Of a stretch of 64,000 nucleotides of DNA, positions 38,871 to 49,445 are shown piece by piece. This DNA is from Mobula birostris (lineage: Eukaryota): positions 22,297,309-22,361,308 of the forward strand of contig NC_092379.1 of NCBI RefSeq assembly GCF_030028105.1. The letters run 5' to 3'. The notes beneath the pieces were generated by a model that was not told where the DNA came from, searched no databases, and was given only the letters and a program-made list of their open reading frames with translations. Position numbers and translations under genes: made by a program. Position 1 is the stretch's first letter, and the number at the start of each line of letters is the position of its first letter.

Positions 38871-39599
38871 ACTGTTTATAGCGGAGGTACAGCAATATCA
38901 CTGAGATTTTAAATTGTTTCATGACATTCTGCACTCACGAAAGCTGCTGAGTGAGAGGGATAAATTTTGACTTAATCTGTAGTTCAATCGGTATAGTTTA
39001 TATTTGTCTGAGGATACAATACTCCACTGTCATCACCAGAGTGGGTAATTTTGATTCAACTTGTCATCTCGCCCTGGAGTTTCCCGTCGTTATCGACCCG
39101 TCCAGGAGCACTGGGCCATCTAATTGATTGGGGAACGATCTGTTTGGCTTCTGTTCCTGAATTCCCCGCATGAATGCTCCCGCTCCGCTCACTGGCTAAA
39201 ACAAATCGAAGACTTTTGTCACAGTGACGAGGCGAGACCTGGCCGGTACCCCCCGCTGTCAGGTTTCAAAAACAAATTATTTACTCTTATATAATCCTCT
39301 TTCCACCCAGGAAACTTCTGCTTCACATTGAATGTCACGCAGCGTCAAGATTATCAGGCGGTTGTTTTCTTCCGTTACTTCACTCCGTGATGCAGACTGA
39401 TGATTTACGGTCTCTTTCAGGGGAACCTGTGCATCTCTCAGTGCCTTTCCCTCACACGGACTGTTGTGTGCATAGGGAAATATGTATAAATTCCTCTCCC
39501 TCTGGGGTATCCGGCAGGGACTGAGTCTCTGAGGGACTTGGTTTATACTGATGAATCGAGCAGAGTGTGACAGGTCTTTAATCTGGTCACTGCCGCCTG

Positions 39600-39814
39600 T
39601 TGCAAATCTTTAGGGAATTTGAAATCGCTGCTGGGGGCGGGGACCGGAAGCTGCGCCTCTAGTTTTAGAGGATGGGAATCTGTGCAAGTCGTGGCTCCCT
39701 CTCTCACTCACAGTCCAGGTCCCTATTTAAACAGCGCTCACTGCGGCTCCGAACAAAGCCGGCCTGAAGCCGCCGACTTCTGGAGCGGCCAAGTCTGGCT
39801 CAGCGCACAAGACG
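39600..39814 (+). promoter_or_regulatory. IgH V promoter: octamer-like TTGCAAAT, GC box, ETS site, TATA box
   Basis: TTGCAAAT 39600-39607 (7/8 to ATGCAAAT), GGGGCGGGG 39634-39642, ACCGGAAG 39643-39650 and TATTTAAA 39724-39731, 84 bp upstream of the leader ATG. Confidence 0.6.
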
Positions 39815-39860
39815 ATGGGAGTCGTTCCTTATCTCTGTCTCTTTCTGTCCTGCCTAGCAG
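39815..39860 (+). CDS. IGHV: Ig heavy-chain leader exon (MGVVPYLCLFLSCLA-G)
   Basis: 46-bp exon with a phase-1 GT donor (GTGAAT) and a 100-bp intron ending in a pyrimidine tract plus CAG at 39960. With GVRS it gives a 19-aa signal peptide. Confidence 0.93.
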
Positions 39861-39960
39861 GTGAATGCCCTAACGGCTTGTTCCCCGCCCGGGGCCGCTA
39901 TTTCTCGGAGACTCTTTGACCCTCTGCCCGCTGATCTCTTTTCTCTTTTTTTCTTGTCAG

Positions 39961-40277
39961 GTGTGAGGTCCGTCATCGTCCTGAATCAGCCCGTGTCAGC
40001 GATCGTTAAGCCCGGCGAGTCCCACAAATTAACCTGCGCAGTTGAAGGGTTCGATCTCAAAAAGAAAAACGTTCACTGGGTTAGAATGGTCTCTGGGAAA
40101 GAGCTGGAGTGGCTGGCGATAGTATGGACGACAAATAAACCCGACTATGTGCCTGGACTCCGAGACCGACTCATCGCTTCCAAGAGAGGCAGATCAGTCT
40201 TTCTAGAAATAAAGGATCTGAAAGTCGAGGACACGGCAGTCTACTACTGTGCGAAAGATGGAGGAACTCCGGTCTAC
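39961..40277 (+). CDS. IGHV: Ig heavy-chain V exon with a D-like 3' extension (divergent, IgW-associated)
   Basis: Open frame VIVLNQPVSAIVKPGESHKLTC..WVRMVSGKELEWL..EDTAVYYCAKDGGTPVY; Cys at 40035, Trp at 40077, Cys at 40248. Confidence 0.95.
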
Positions 40278-40305
40278 CACGGTGATGGGGAGCTGAACAG
40301 AAACT
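40278..40305 (+). other. Recombination signal sequence with a 12-bp spacer (3' of V)
   Basis: Heptamer CACGGTG 40278-40284, spacer ATGGGGAGCTGA (12 bp), nonamer ACAGAAACT 40297-40305 (7/9 to ACAAAAACC). No nonamer at 23 bp. Confidence 0.9.
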
Positions 40306-40641
40306 GGCCCCGACAAGGGAGCGTCTGCGGCGCAATTTGTCTCCACAGATTCCGCATTGCTGCTTCCCAGAGTCAAATCCCTGAAGCCTCACCCGGACTG
40401 CTGGGCGCAAATGTCAATTTCTGGACAATTAAAAGCCCAAAAAGGATTCGACTCTGATTCCGGGGGATGGCGGGAGCCGTTGTCCACAGACAGGAAGATT
40501 GTGAAAATGCCTCTTTTATTCACACACCAGGAAGACACAAGGACAGAGTTTGGGGTGGAAATCCAGGAAGCGGCTGCTCCCGGTCCGGACAGGGATCATG
40601 TTGACATTTTGCTGAGATTATTGGACGTGACAGGCAAGTGA

Positions 40642-40680
40642 AGTTACTGCACTGGGTGAATGGGGAGACGGAGCACTGTG
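40642..40680 (-). other. Recombination signal sequence with a 23-bp spacer (5' of J)
   Basis: Perfect heptamer CACTGTG 40674-40680, 23-bp spacer, nonamer AGTTACTGC 40642-40650 (5/9 to GGTTTTTGT, 7/9 to the reverse complement of the V nonamer). Nothing nonamer-like at 12 bp. Confidence 0.75.
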
Positions 40681-40728
40681 ACGATCTTCAAGTCTGGGGG
40701 AAGGGAACCTCGCTGACAGTGACTTCAG
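40681..40728 (+). CDS. IGHJ: Ig heavy-chain J segment (DLQVWGKGTSLTVTS)
   Basis: W-G-x-G motif directly after the heptamer; phase-1 donor G|GTAAG at 40728/40729. Confidence 0.95.
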
Positions 40729-40960
40729 GTAAGAAAAACTTTTCAATTCCACCCTCAGTTTTATTAATGCACGGTTTCTGCGAACTTGATGATTCACCTG
40801 AAATCAGTAAGGTATTTGGAACAATTGCATGAATTTTTCCGAGCCGGAGAGTTTTCTCTAGATTAGAGCCAGAATATACCCAGTAACAGTACAAGAGTAA
40901 ATACCCCACCCCACCAGTGAGCTACAGACCAGGAAAAGGCTGCAGGGGAATGGGGAACCT

Positions 40961-42081
40961 TGTCACCGGGTAATGGCTGTGCTTTGACATCGACCGATTA
41001 AGCCTTTGTGATGAGTGACTTCACTGGTTGATTCAGGTCCGGGATCTGATGCCGCACCCGCATTCAAGAAACAAAAAGAATATATAGAGAGCGCGATGGA
41101 AGAACTCAGAAGGTCGGGCAGTATCTGTGGAAACAAACAGCGTACGGCAGCGTGTCTGATAGCAGCCCTGCATCAGGATTGAGAGGGAACGGGAAAGGCA
41201 GCAGTCAGAGGGGTGGGATAGAGGCATTGGTCTTTGATGATTGTGTGACAAAAGAACCAGTTATCAGAAGATTGATGCCGATAAGAGGACAATGGGGGAA
41301 CATACAAGGTGCTAATAAGAGAGAGACGAGAGAGATTACCGAAAGGAGACACGGTTCCGAGTATTGTCAGAGACCGGTGGCTTTGAACCCTGAACTGTTT
41401 GAAGTCTGATGGACAGGCGATACCCCAGCAGGGGGATAAAAAGGGACAGGTTCGCTAAGGCAACAGACACACGACACCACGAGGTAACGAGACCCTGGAA
41501 GCGGTGTGCCCCCACAAGTTGCTGGGCGTTTTTGAGGTCTGGTCGCGGGACCAGCCATAGACGCATAGGGTGGAAAGATACGGTCGGCCGGGAACCTGGT
41601 GTGTGTGTCCACCCTTACCTGGGTGCCGGGTTCACCGCAGAAGAACGATCGTATCTGGAACGGAGGGGTCACAGGCGGTGACCTCAGAAGACATTACAAA
41701 GGGCTCGCCCGAAAGCTAACTGCGAGGAATATCGAAGGTCTGTTTGGAAACCGATTTGCATATTCATTCGTTTTCTCTCTCTCTCTCTCTCTCCCCAACG
41801 ACACGACGGCGATTACTGCGAACTGAATTAAACTGAACTCTGTGTCACTTGATGACTGATCATTTTACCCCTAGACTGCGATAGAGTTTGATTGATCCTA
41901 TTATCCTAGTTCTGTGTACATGTGTGTTTTATCATTGCTAAACTGTTGCATTTCTATTCTTTTGATTAGAGTACTGTGTTGCTTATTTCTTTAATAAAAC
42001 TTTCTTAGTTCCAGTAATCCAGACTCCAACTAAGTGGACCATTTCTGCTGGTTTGGCAACCCAGTTACGGGGTATGTAACA
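40961..42081 (+). mobile_element. Solo LTR, about 1.1 kb, sense to the Ig gene
   Basis: Starts TGTCAC and ends GTAACA; TATA-like GATAAAAAG near 41435; AATAAA near 41994, about 80 bp before the 3' end; no ORF. No matching TSD seen, so the 5' boundary is uncertain. Confidence 0.65.
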
Positions 42082-42084
42082 ATT

Positions 42085-42410
42085 GAAACTAGATGGGGAG
42101 GGAATAATAGATAAATTGAACGGGGGGGGGGAGATGGGAGTTTGAGGGGCAGATAAACTATGGGTGAGGAAAACTGGGTGGACAGGTGAGTGCAAAGAGA
42201 GAGCATTTGGGGGTGTGGGTTACCTGAAATTGGAAAATTCAGCGCATGTGCCATTGTGGTCTAAATCAACCAAACAGAATGTGGGATTTTCCCTCGATTT
42301 GTGTTTGGCCTCCCTGTGGCAACAGAGAAAGCTGGAGACAGACAAGTCAGTGTGAGATTGGGTAGGAGAGTAACCAGACGCTGGAGATACCTGTTAAAGT
42401 GCAGTTGAAC
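42085..42410 (-). mobile_element. Penelope-like fragment, old
   Basis: Resembles the minus-strand GIY-YIG C-terminus and purine-rich 3' region of the other copies. Confidence 0.5.
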
Positions 42411-42839
42411 ATGCTCCCTGTAAGTAACAGCAATGGAAATGTTCAAAGTCACTGTATAGAGATCAGATCTGGATTAGGACTCTGGCTGAGGGAATGGCCA
42501 GCAAATGTATGACCTGCTTGATTCCTCAAGTACTGACATGAGTTAAACGCAGAAGAAAGCTCTCTCTATACTGTCCTGCTAGTGATGGATTGGGTATAAA
42601 GTTCCTCTGTACTGCCCGGTCACCGACAGGGCAAGGTCAGTACTGGGTGACGCTGTGTCCAGTTAGAGTGCAGAAGTGCTGTGGAGCTCGGTTTGTCACT
42701 GACTGAGCTGAGAGAAGCTGGAGGAGAGACAACTGTAGCTGATGGAGAAGTGGTATTTATTCCTGGAAAGACGGCAATTCCTTGTATGTTACAAGCTGAT
42801 GGCTGCAAAGTGAAAGTATTGAGGAGGCTGAACAGGCTG

Positions 42840-43770
42840 GAGGATCACTGAGATGGGGCTATGAGTCCAGAGCAAGGTGGGGGATTATGTTCAAGGAGGT
42901 TAGGTTATGTTATATTCAGTAAGGTTATGCTGCAGATCTATAAGCTATGGTTAGACCACATTTATTTTATCTATTGACATTGAGCATGGAATAGGCCTTT
43001 CCGGCCCTTTGAGCTGTGTCACTCAGCAATCCGTTGATTTAATCTGAGTCGAATCATGGGACAATTTACAATGACCAATTAACCTACCAACAGGTAGGTC
43101 TTTGGATTGTGGAAGGAAACTGGAGCACCCGGAGGAAACCACACGGTCACGGAGAATGTACAAAGTCCTTGCAGGCGGCAGCAGGAGTTGAACCCGGGTC
43201 ACCTGTACTGTAAAGCGTTGTGCTAACCACTAAGCTATGGTGCCGCCATTTGGAGTACAGTGTTCCATTCTGTCCCCTTCATTATAGGAAGGATGTGAAA
43301 GTTTTAGAGGGGTGCAGGGGAGGTTTACAAGGATGCCGCCTTGATTAGCATGTATATCTTATAAGGCTGAATTGTGTGAGCTAGAGCTTTATCTTTGGCA
43401 TGAAAGAGGACGAGAGGTAACATAAGGTGATAAAAGGTAAAGCTAGAGTGGACAGCCAGTGGCTTTATCCTAGGATGGAAATGGCTAATAAAAAGGGGCA
43501 TAATTTTAAGGTGATTGGAGGGAAGTATGAGTGGAGGGTTGTCAGTGGTTGACTTTTTTTACACAGTGTGGTGGGTGTGAGGAAGGCTCTGCCACAGGTG
43601 CTGGTAGAGGCAAATACATTAGCAACATTTAAGATGTTCTTAGATAGGCACATGGATGAAAGAAAAGATGTGGAAGGAAGAGTCAGATTGATCTTAGAGT
43701 AGGTTAAAAGGTTGGAACAACATTGTGGGCTGAAGAGCATGAACTGTGCAGTACCGTTCTATCTTCTATG
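42840..43770 (+). mobile_element. CR1 3' fragment with a nested V-SINE
   Basis: The CR1 segment GTTAGACCACATTT..GGAGTACAG is split by the SINE; 3' UTR ends near 43770. Confidence 0.7.
42975..43248 (-). mobile_element. V-SINE (tRNA-derived head plus V domain)
   Basis: Reverse complement reads GGCGGCACCATAGCTTAGTGG..GGTTCAACTCC..TTTCCTCCGGGTGCTCCAGTTTCC..GGTTAATTGGTCATTGTAAATTGTCCC; CATTT on both sides. Confidence 0.8.
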
Positions 43771-44504
43771 TGCTAAGGCAAATTCTGTGGCTGTCCAAGT
43801 TTAACATCAGTGAACTCCCCACCCCAACTGCCTGGGCCAAGGGCTGTCTGGATGCAGAAAGTTTTATTAACATTTCAGACTCGGACAAAGGGTAGACGGC
43901 TTCCAGCTGACCGAAGTGAAAAAGGGCTTGCAGTTGTGAAGAGCTAAGGCAGAAAGTTAGCACACAAACAGAACCATTAATCTGGACCTTCTCTCCCTCT
44001 TCCATCACAATTCATCTCTTTTTGTTGTTGCTTTGTATAGTTGTAATTCTGCTGGGGTGGGCGTAGTCTGTGGAACTGATGGGCACTCCATCCTTCCAGT
44101 AGCAGCAGCTGCATCTGTACCAGTGGTTCCATTACCATTCAGACTTCTCATCTCAATGCATGGGACAAAGACTTGCATTCACTTCTCTGTGACCATGAAT
44201 AACCACATAATAAAAATGGCCAAGGTGGCTGGTCCTTTGACTACTGTTGAGCCCCCCAGCCCCACCACGCAAGACATAGATGAAGTTGAGAAGCTGCCCC
44301 GAGCATTGTGAGTGGGGCCGACCTACTATCGGAGCTCCTGGGACGTCACTGTGCAGTGGGTTATCATTTCCACTGGTGAGCTCTGCCTCTGCTCACACCT
44401 CAGCCATCTGTAGCAGTGAGGGTCAGGTGTCACCATAATCTCACTCAGTCTTCCAGAGAGCGGCTTCCACCATGCCTTCTCCTTCCGCTGCTAGTTGTCC
44501 ATGC

Positions 44505-44715
44505 AGCTGATGTGAGAAGAGGGCATGGAAGTCCTCATTATGTGCCATGTCGCATGATGTGGGTGATCATGGTCTTTGACCATGATAGTCCTTCAAATTT
44601 TTCTACAGAGTGCATAGCCATTGCCTTCTTCTGGGCAGTGTCTTTACAAGACAGGTGACCCCAGCCATTATCAATACACTTCAGAGATTGCAGTTGCATA
44701 ACCAGGACTTGTCAA
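44505..44715 (-). repeat. Dispersed repeat with an RTE-like tail, copy 2 of 3 (others at 33950-34080 minus and 49020-49370 plus)
   Basis: Shared core GACACTGCCCAGAAGAAGGCAATGGC; the AAGGCAATGGCAAACCAC motif resembles RTE/BovB-type 3' ends. Confidence 0.55.
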
Positions 44716-44904
44716 TCAGTTGGTTGATTTGTGAAGTATCGTGTGCTTCTTGGAGTGCAACATCAAGTACACATTAAACAAATACACGCACAGGCATCTT
44801 CGCTCTGTGAGCCATAGATCAATGGAATGAAGACCATCAGACTCGACCTCGAGGGATAGCCACGACAACAACGACGATATTACACCTGACTCTGATTCTG
44901 ATAC

Positions 44905-47900
44905 GGGATGGTGGTGTCTGACTCTAAGCTAGCTGCCATCGTTTTAGGTGTTCATATTGTGCGGTTAAATGTGTGTTTTTTGTCGAATTCAAGGATGACT
45001 CTTACTCATGAAATGCTCATGAATATAAGAGACTCGGTGTCAAAGGGTTTATTTCCTGTGTTTTTCTGCAAGATAGAGGATATGCCACTAAAGATCCACT
45101 GAGAGCAATGGTGCCGGCTGGAAAATGCCCATCTCCACAAGGTATAGAGGCAAAGGAGTAGGCACTCTCATTCACTGGAGATGCGGAGGCTTCCGTACTG
45201 CTCTCCGAGCAGTCTGCCTTTCAAATGATCGCTCCCTTACACATAAGATGGATGAGTTAGTAATACTCATCAGGACTAACAAGAACTATGTCTGTATTTC
45301 TGCCTTTTGTTTTGTTGAAATGAGGCTTAACTTGGACATACCAGACAACTTTGATCAAATGCCAGGATCCCATCTATTTATAGCGGAGCGTAATATCACA
45401 CTATGTGGCGATTCACACGTTGGTGGCTTATGCGTTTTTATAAATAACAGCAGGTGAATGGGCATGTCGGCCGTTCTTTTTCCTCTGCACTCTTAGAGGT
45501 TCCTTTCATTTATGCATAAACCATTCTACCTACCTAGGGAATTTCATTCTGATATCCTGGCCAGTATTTACATTCCTCCTCACACGAAAGCTCAGTCAAC
45601 ACAACGGCCGTTGGCTGATGACATTTATGATTTGGAAAATAAATTTTCCAATATTGTCATTTTCATTATGAGGGATTTTAACCATTGCAACATGAAACAT
45701 GATCTGCCCAAATACCCCTAGATGATTGGCTGCCCCTTACATGAGGACAGAACTTTGGCCCATTTCTTTGCCAACATTGAGGGGGCATTCCGCTATTTTA
45801 CCCAGGCACCCCCTGGTAACTCTGACCATGTCTGTTCCCAGTGAAAACTGCGACAGTCTAAACCAACCAAGAAAATCAGACTCCTGATGTTGTTGGAAGG
45901 CTGAGAGACGGCTTAGGATCCACAGATTGGAGGGCCATGGGAAGGTTGGTGCAGCAGTATAGATGAATATCCTGACACTGTAACATCCTACGTGTCCTTC
46001 GGTGAAGATGTGTGTCTTCCTGGAAAGATCATTGTGAGGTATAACAACAACAGGCCATGGTTCACCAAGGAGTTGAGGACTCTCAGATCTGCAAAGGATC
46101 GTGCCTACAAGCCTGAAAACAGAGAGCAATACAGCTCTGCAAGACGCCAGTTTGATAAAGCCCTGAAAGTGACAAAATCCACTTACAAGGATCAGCTAGA
46201 GAGAGATTCAACAGTTATAGCCAGGCAGTCTGGAGTCTCCTGCAAAGTCTTACCAACTTCAAAGAGAAGTGCTCCCAATTCTACCCCTCCCCTACCTTTT
46301 CCAATCAGTTTTGTTGCTGATCTGATGAGGACAATCAGCATCTATCACTTCTCATTTCCTCTGACCCTGACATGTTGTACCCCTAACCTCTCCCTTGCAC
46401 AAACACTCTAATTTCACCATCACCCCATCACCCCAGCCCCATGCTTCAACCTTCCCCACCTCTTTCCCCCTCCCTCCATCTTACCCTATGCTTTTGGAGA
46501 AGCAAGAAGACATTTGCAAGCTATTTGGAAGACAGAACATTAGGAAAGTTGCCATCTCTGATGGTGCCTCCCCTTGTTATGAAGGCACTGTGCAGATCAG
46601 CCAGCACCTCTCTTCACTGAGATATTTAACACCTCCCTCCAACTATGCAGAGTTCTGGACTGCTTTGAAGTTGCTGCAATCAATCTAGTTCCCAAGAAAG
46701 ACGAGATCACTGGACTTAATGATTATAAGCCAGTCGCTCTGACTTCAGCAGTTCTGAAAACCTTTGAACGTCTGCTAGTGGCCTACATTACGTTCATTAC
46801 TGATCCACTTGACCCCTTACAGTTTTCTTATTGAGGATGCAGTTAACCTGTGCCTTCATTACATTCTTCAACAATTCACTCCCCCAACTCACATATTAGG
46901 ATCTTGTTTGTGGATTTTAGCTCTGCCTTTAACATTATTGCTTTCTAGTTGTTCCACAGCAAGCTCTAACCCTACTAGCTTTACCCTACTGTATCTTTCA
47001 GAGGATTACAAACTTCCTGACAGGAAGGAGGCAGCATGTAAGACTGGGTTCCTACTTGTCTGATCCGATGTCTATAAGCACAGGCTCTCCCTGGGGCTGT
47101 ATTCTTGTTCTCACTTTACACAAATGACTGTACCTCCGCAGCCAACCCCACTAAAATCCTAAAGTTCATGGAAGACACGACTATCTTTGCTCTCATCTCT
47201 AATAATGATGTGACCTGCTATCAAAAAGAGTTAGACCGTCTAAGTTCCCACGACAACTTATTTAATACCACCAAGAGAACAGAAAGCCAACAACCCACTA
47301 CCTGGCTAGGCTGTGTCTATGGTCAAATCATTCAAATTCCCAAGGACTACCATTACCAATGCACTGAAGTGGGACAAGCATGTTATCCTCATCACTGGGA
47401 AAGTCCAGCAGATAGTTCTTTCAATGCCAGCTTAGGAAACTTATCATCTCAGGGCATACCTTGATGAATTTTAACTCAACCATCGTTGAGAGTGTTGTGT
47501 CACCTCCATCACCATTTGGTTTCCCACTGCCTCCCCCCTCTCCAAATCCAGCAGTGAAGACCGTTGGTTGTCAACTAACAATATTAAAAGACCTGTCTAT
47601 CACCAGAGCAAAGAAAAGAGCTGAAAAATAACTGCTGACTCCACCTACCCCAGCTATCACCTATTCATCAAATTGCCATCAGTGAGAAGCTGCAGATCCA
47701 TCTCCATCAGGACTAGGCGCCATCTCCAAAGCTATCCTTCTCAGCAAAACTCACTCAAGTGTAGTACCCTAACTGTCTCTGCATAACACCCATTAAATGG
47801 TGTTTCCTACTCTCTGTGTTCTTCTGATAATTATTGGGTCTGCTCTTAAGTTCACATTTAAGTTTGATTATTGACATTACACATGTGATCATTCTGTGAG

Positions 47901-48040
47901 TTGTTGACTGCTCATGGCTGACTGCACTATTGTCTTGTAAGTTGCTGGTTGCTGTTGCAGTGCCTGCTTTGGTATTGTCCTGTGGTTTTTTGCTCAGCAC
48001 TGAGCCGCAATCAATTCTGGCAATAAAGTGATTTTGATTT
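44905..48040 (+). mobile_element. Near full-length but heavily decayed Rex-Babar-like LINE
   Basis: KPFYLPREF..IYIPP, NNRPWFTKELR and LFSLYTNDC remnants; AATAAAGTGATTTTGATT tail at 48022-48040. Confidence 0.75.
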
Positions 48041-49019
48041 CAATTTTAAGGATCTAGTCCTCAATCCTCACATCAACATTGCCCAGTATTTGTCCAACCC
48101 ATTAAATAGTTGTGCAAGTAGTGGGCTTGTGGGCAGTGATGGGGTACGGGGCAGTTGACTCTCATTGATCTGTTAGTAGCTGAATTTCTGGAGCTGGTGT
48201 TGGGGGCAATATACCATGTCCATTGTCATTTCTACAGACTACAGTCACCCTAGCAGGGTAGATACCCAGGTGGAGCAGGTTCCTGTCCTGTTGCTGCCAG
48301 ATGGCCCTGATTTCCTAGAGAAGATCAGGGAGGATTTCTTCACCACTGATCCCTGCAGTGGAATTGTGATGAAGTTGAAGGTACCTGCCTCGGATGACGT
48401 GCCCAGTGAAGAGTGTGGAGCAAACTTGTAGATCACTATCAGTGAACAGGAACTTAATGGGTGTGATTTACAGTCAGATAGTGGACAGCCTTGTGCCCCC
48501 TGCTGTCTACCCTCATCCCATGGAGGAATTTTCCCCAAAAAAACAAGGGGTCATCACTACGCTACCCACTGAGCATTGGTCAGAACTGGTGAGTCTGTCC
48601 TCGACTCTGAGGAGGAGAATGGCATGACTCCAGTCAAGTGGTGCCAGTTTAAGGGGTACCTTGCTGGGCTGATGAGGGAGTAGAAGGAGATGAGCGACCT
48701 CAGATTTAAAGTAAGGAGAACAAACAAAGATCATGGGGAATGCTGGTACAAATCACATGAGCAGAAAGAGGGACTGAAGATGAATTTAGGAAGTTAAAGA
48801 AGGTCATAATCTCAGAATCACTGCCCATATCAACTTCAAGTTTAAGTTTATAGTCATTCAGCCATAAGCATGTATACAATTAAATGAAGCATCATTGCTC
48901 TGGGACCAGGGTGCAAACCACAGTACGTATGGTTACGATGTTTCATTCATAGGATACAGCATACAATATACAGTATATATTTGGGTGGCTGGGTGGCGGG
49001 GAGGAGATACATCCACTAA

Positions 49020-49370
49020 CGGAGGTGTAGGGTGCTCTTTCCCTCTGCTGGCCTGCAGGTTACCCTTGGGCAAGGTGTAGCACTTGCGTTGCCACCTGAT
49101 CAGGGTCACGTGAAGCCACGGGAGCAGGTGGTGAGTGAACGTATGAGCAGTTGGTGCATATCACAATTCCTGGTTACGCGACCACTGATGCTGGGCAGAC
49201 AATCTCTGAAGAGTATTGATGATGGCTGGGGTCACCCATCTTGTAAAGACACTGCCCAGAAGAAGGCAATGGCAAACCACTTCTGCAGAAAAATTTTCCA
49301 AGCACAAGCATGGTCATGGAAAGAGCATGATCAGCCACATCATACAACACGGCACATAATGAATGAACAG
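49020..49370 (+). repeat. Dispersed repeat with an RTE-like tail, longest copy
   Basis: Contains the reverse complement of 44505-44715 and 33950-34080. Confidence 0.55.
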
Positions 49371-49445
49371 CATATATTTAGTTACGATACAGTACATATA
49401 GAGTTCGACAGAGTTCAAAGTAAGTTAATTATCACAATACATATA

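Noticed and set aside
39220-39274. Perfect CACAGTG upstream of the promoter
   Set aside because: No nonamer at 12 or 23 bp (the A-rich run is 39 bp away) and no V-like coding sequence before it.
39861-40457. 198-aa ORF as a stand-alone protein
   Set aside because: It is intron plus V exon plus read-through across the RSS; the true start is the spliced leader at 39815.
40344-40512. Heptamer-like CACAGAT (40344) and CACAGAC (40485) as signals of a hidden D segment
   Set aside because: Both are 5/7 heptamers with weak nonamers at off spacing and no opposing 5' RSS, so no D can be defined.
44304-44375. CATTGTG and CACTGTG followed by AGTGGG, resembling a displaced D or J
   Set aside because: No nonamer at either spacing and no WGxG or FGxG frame.
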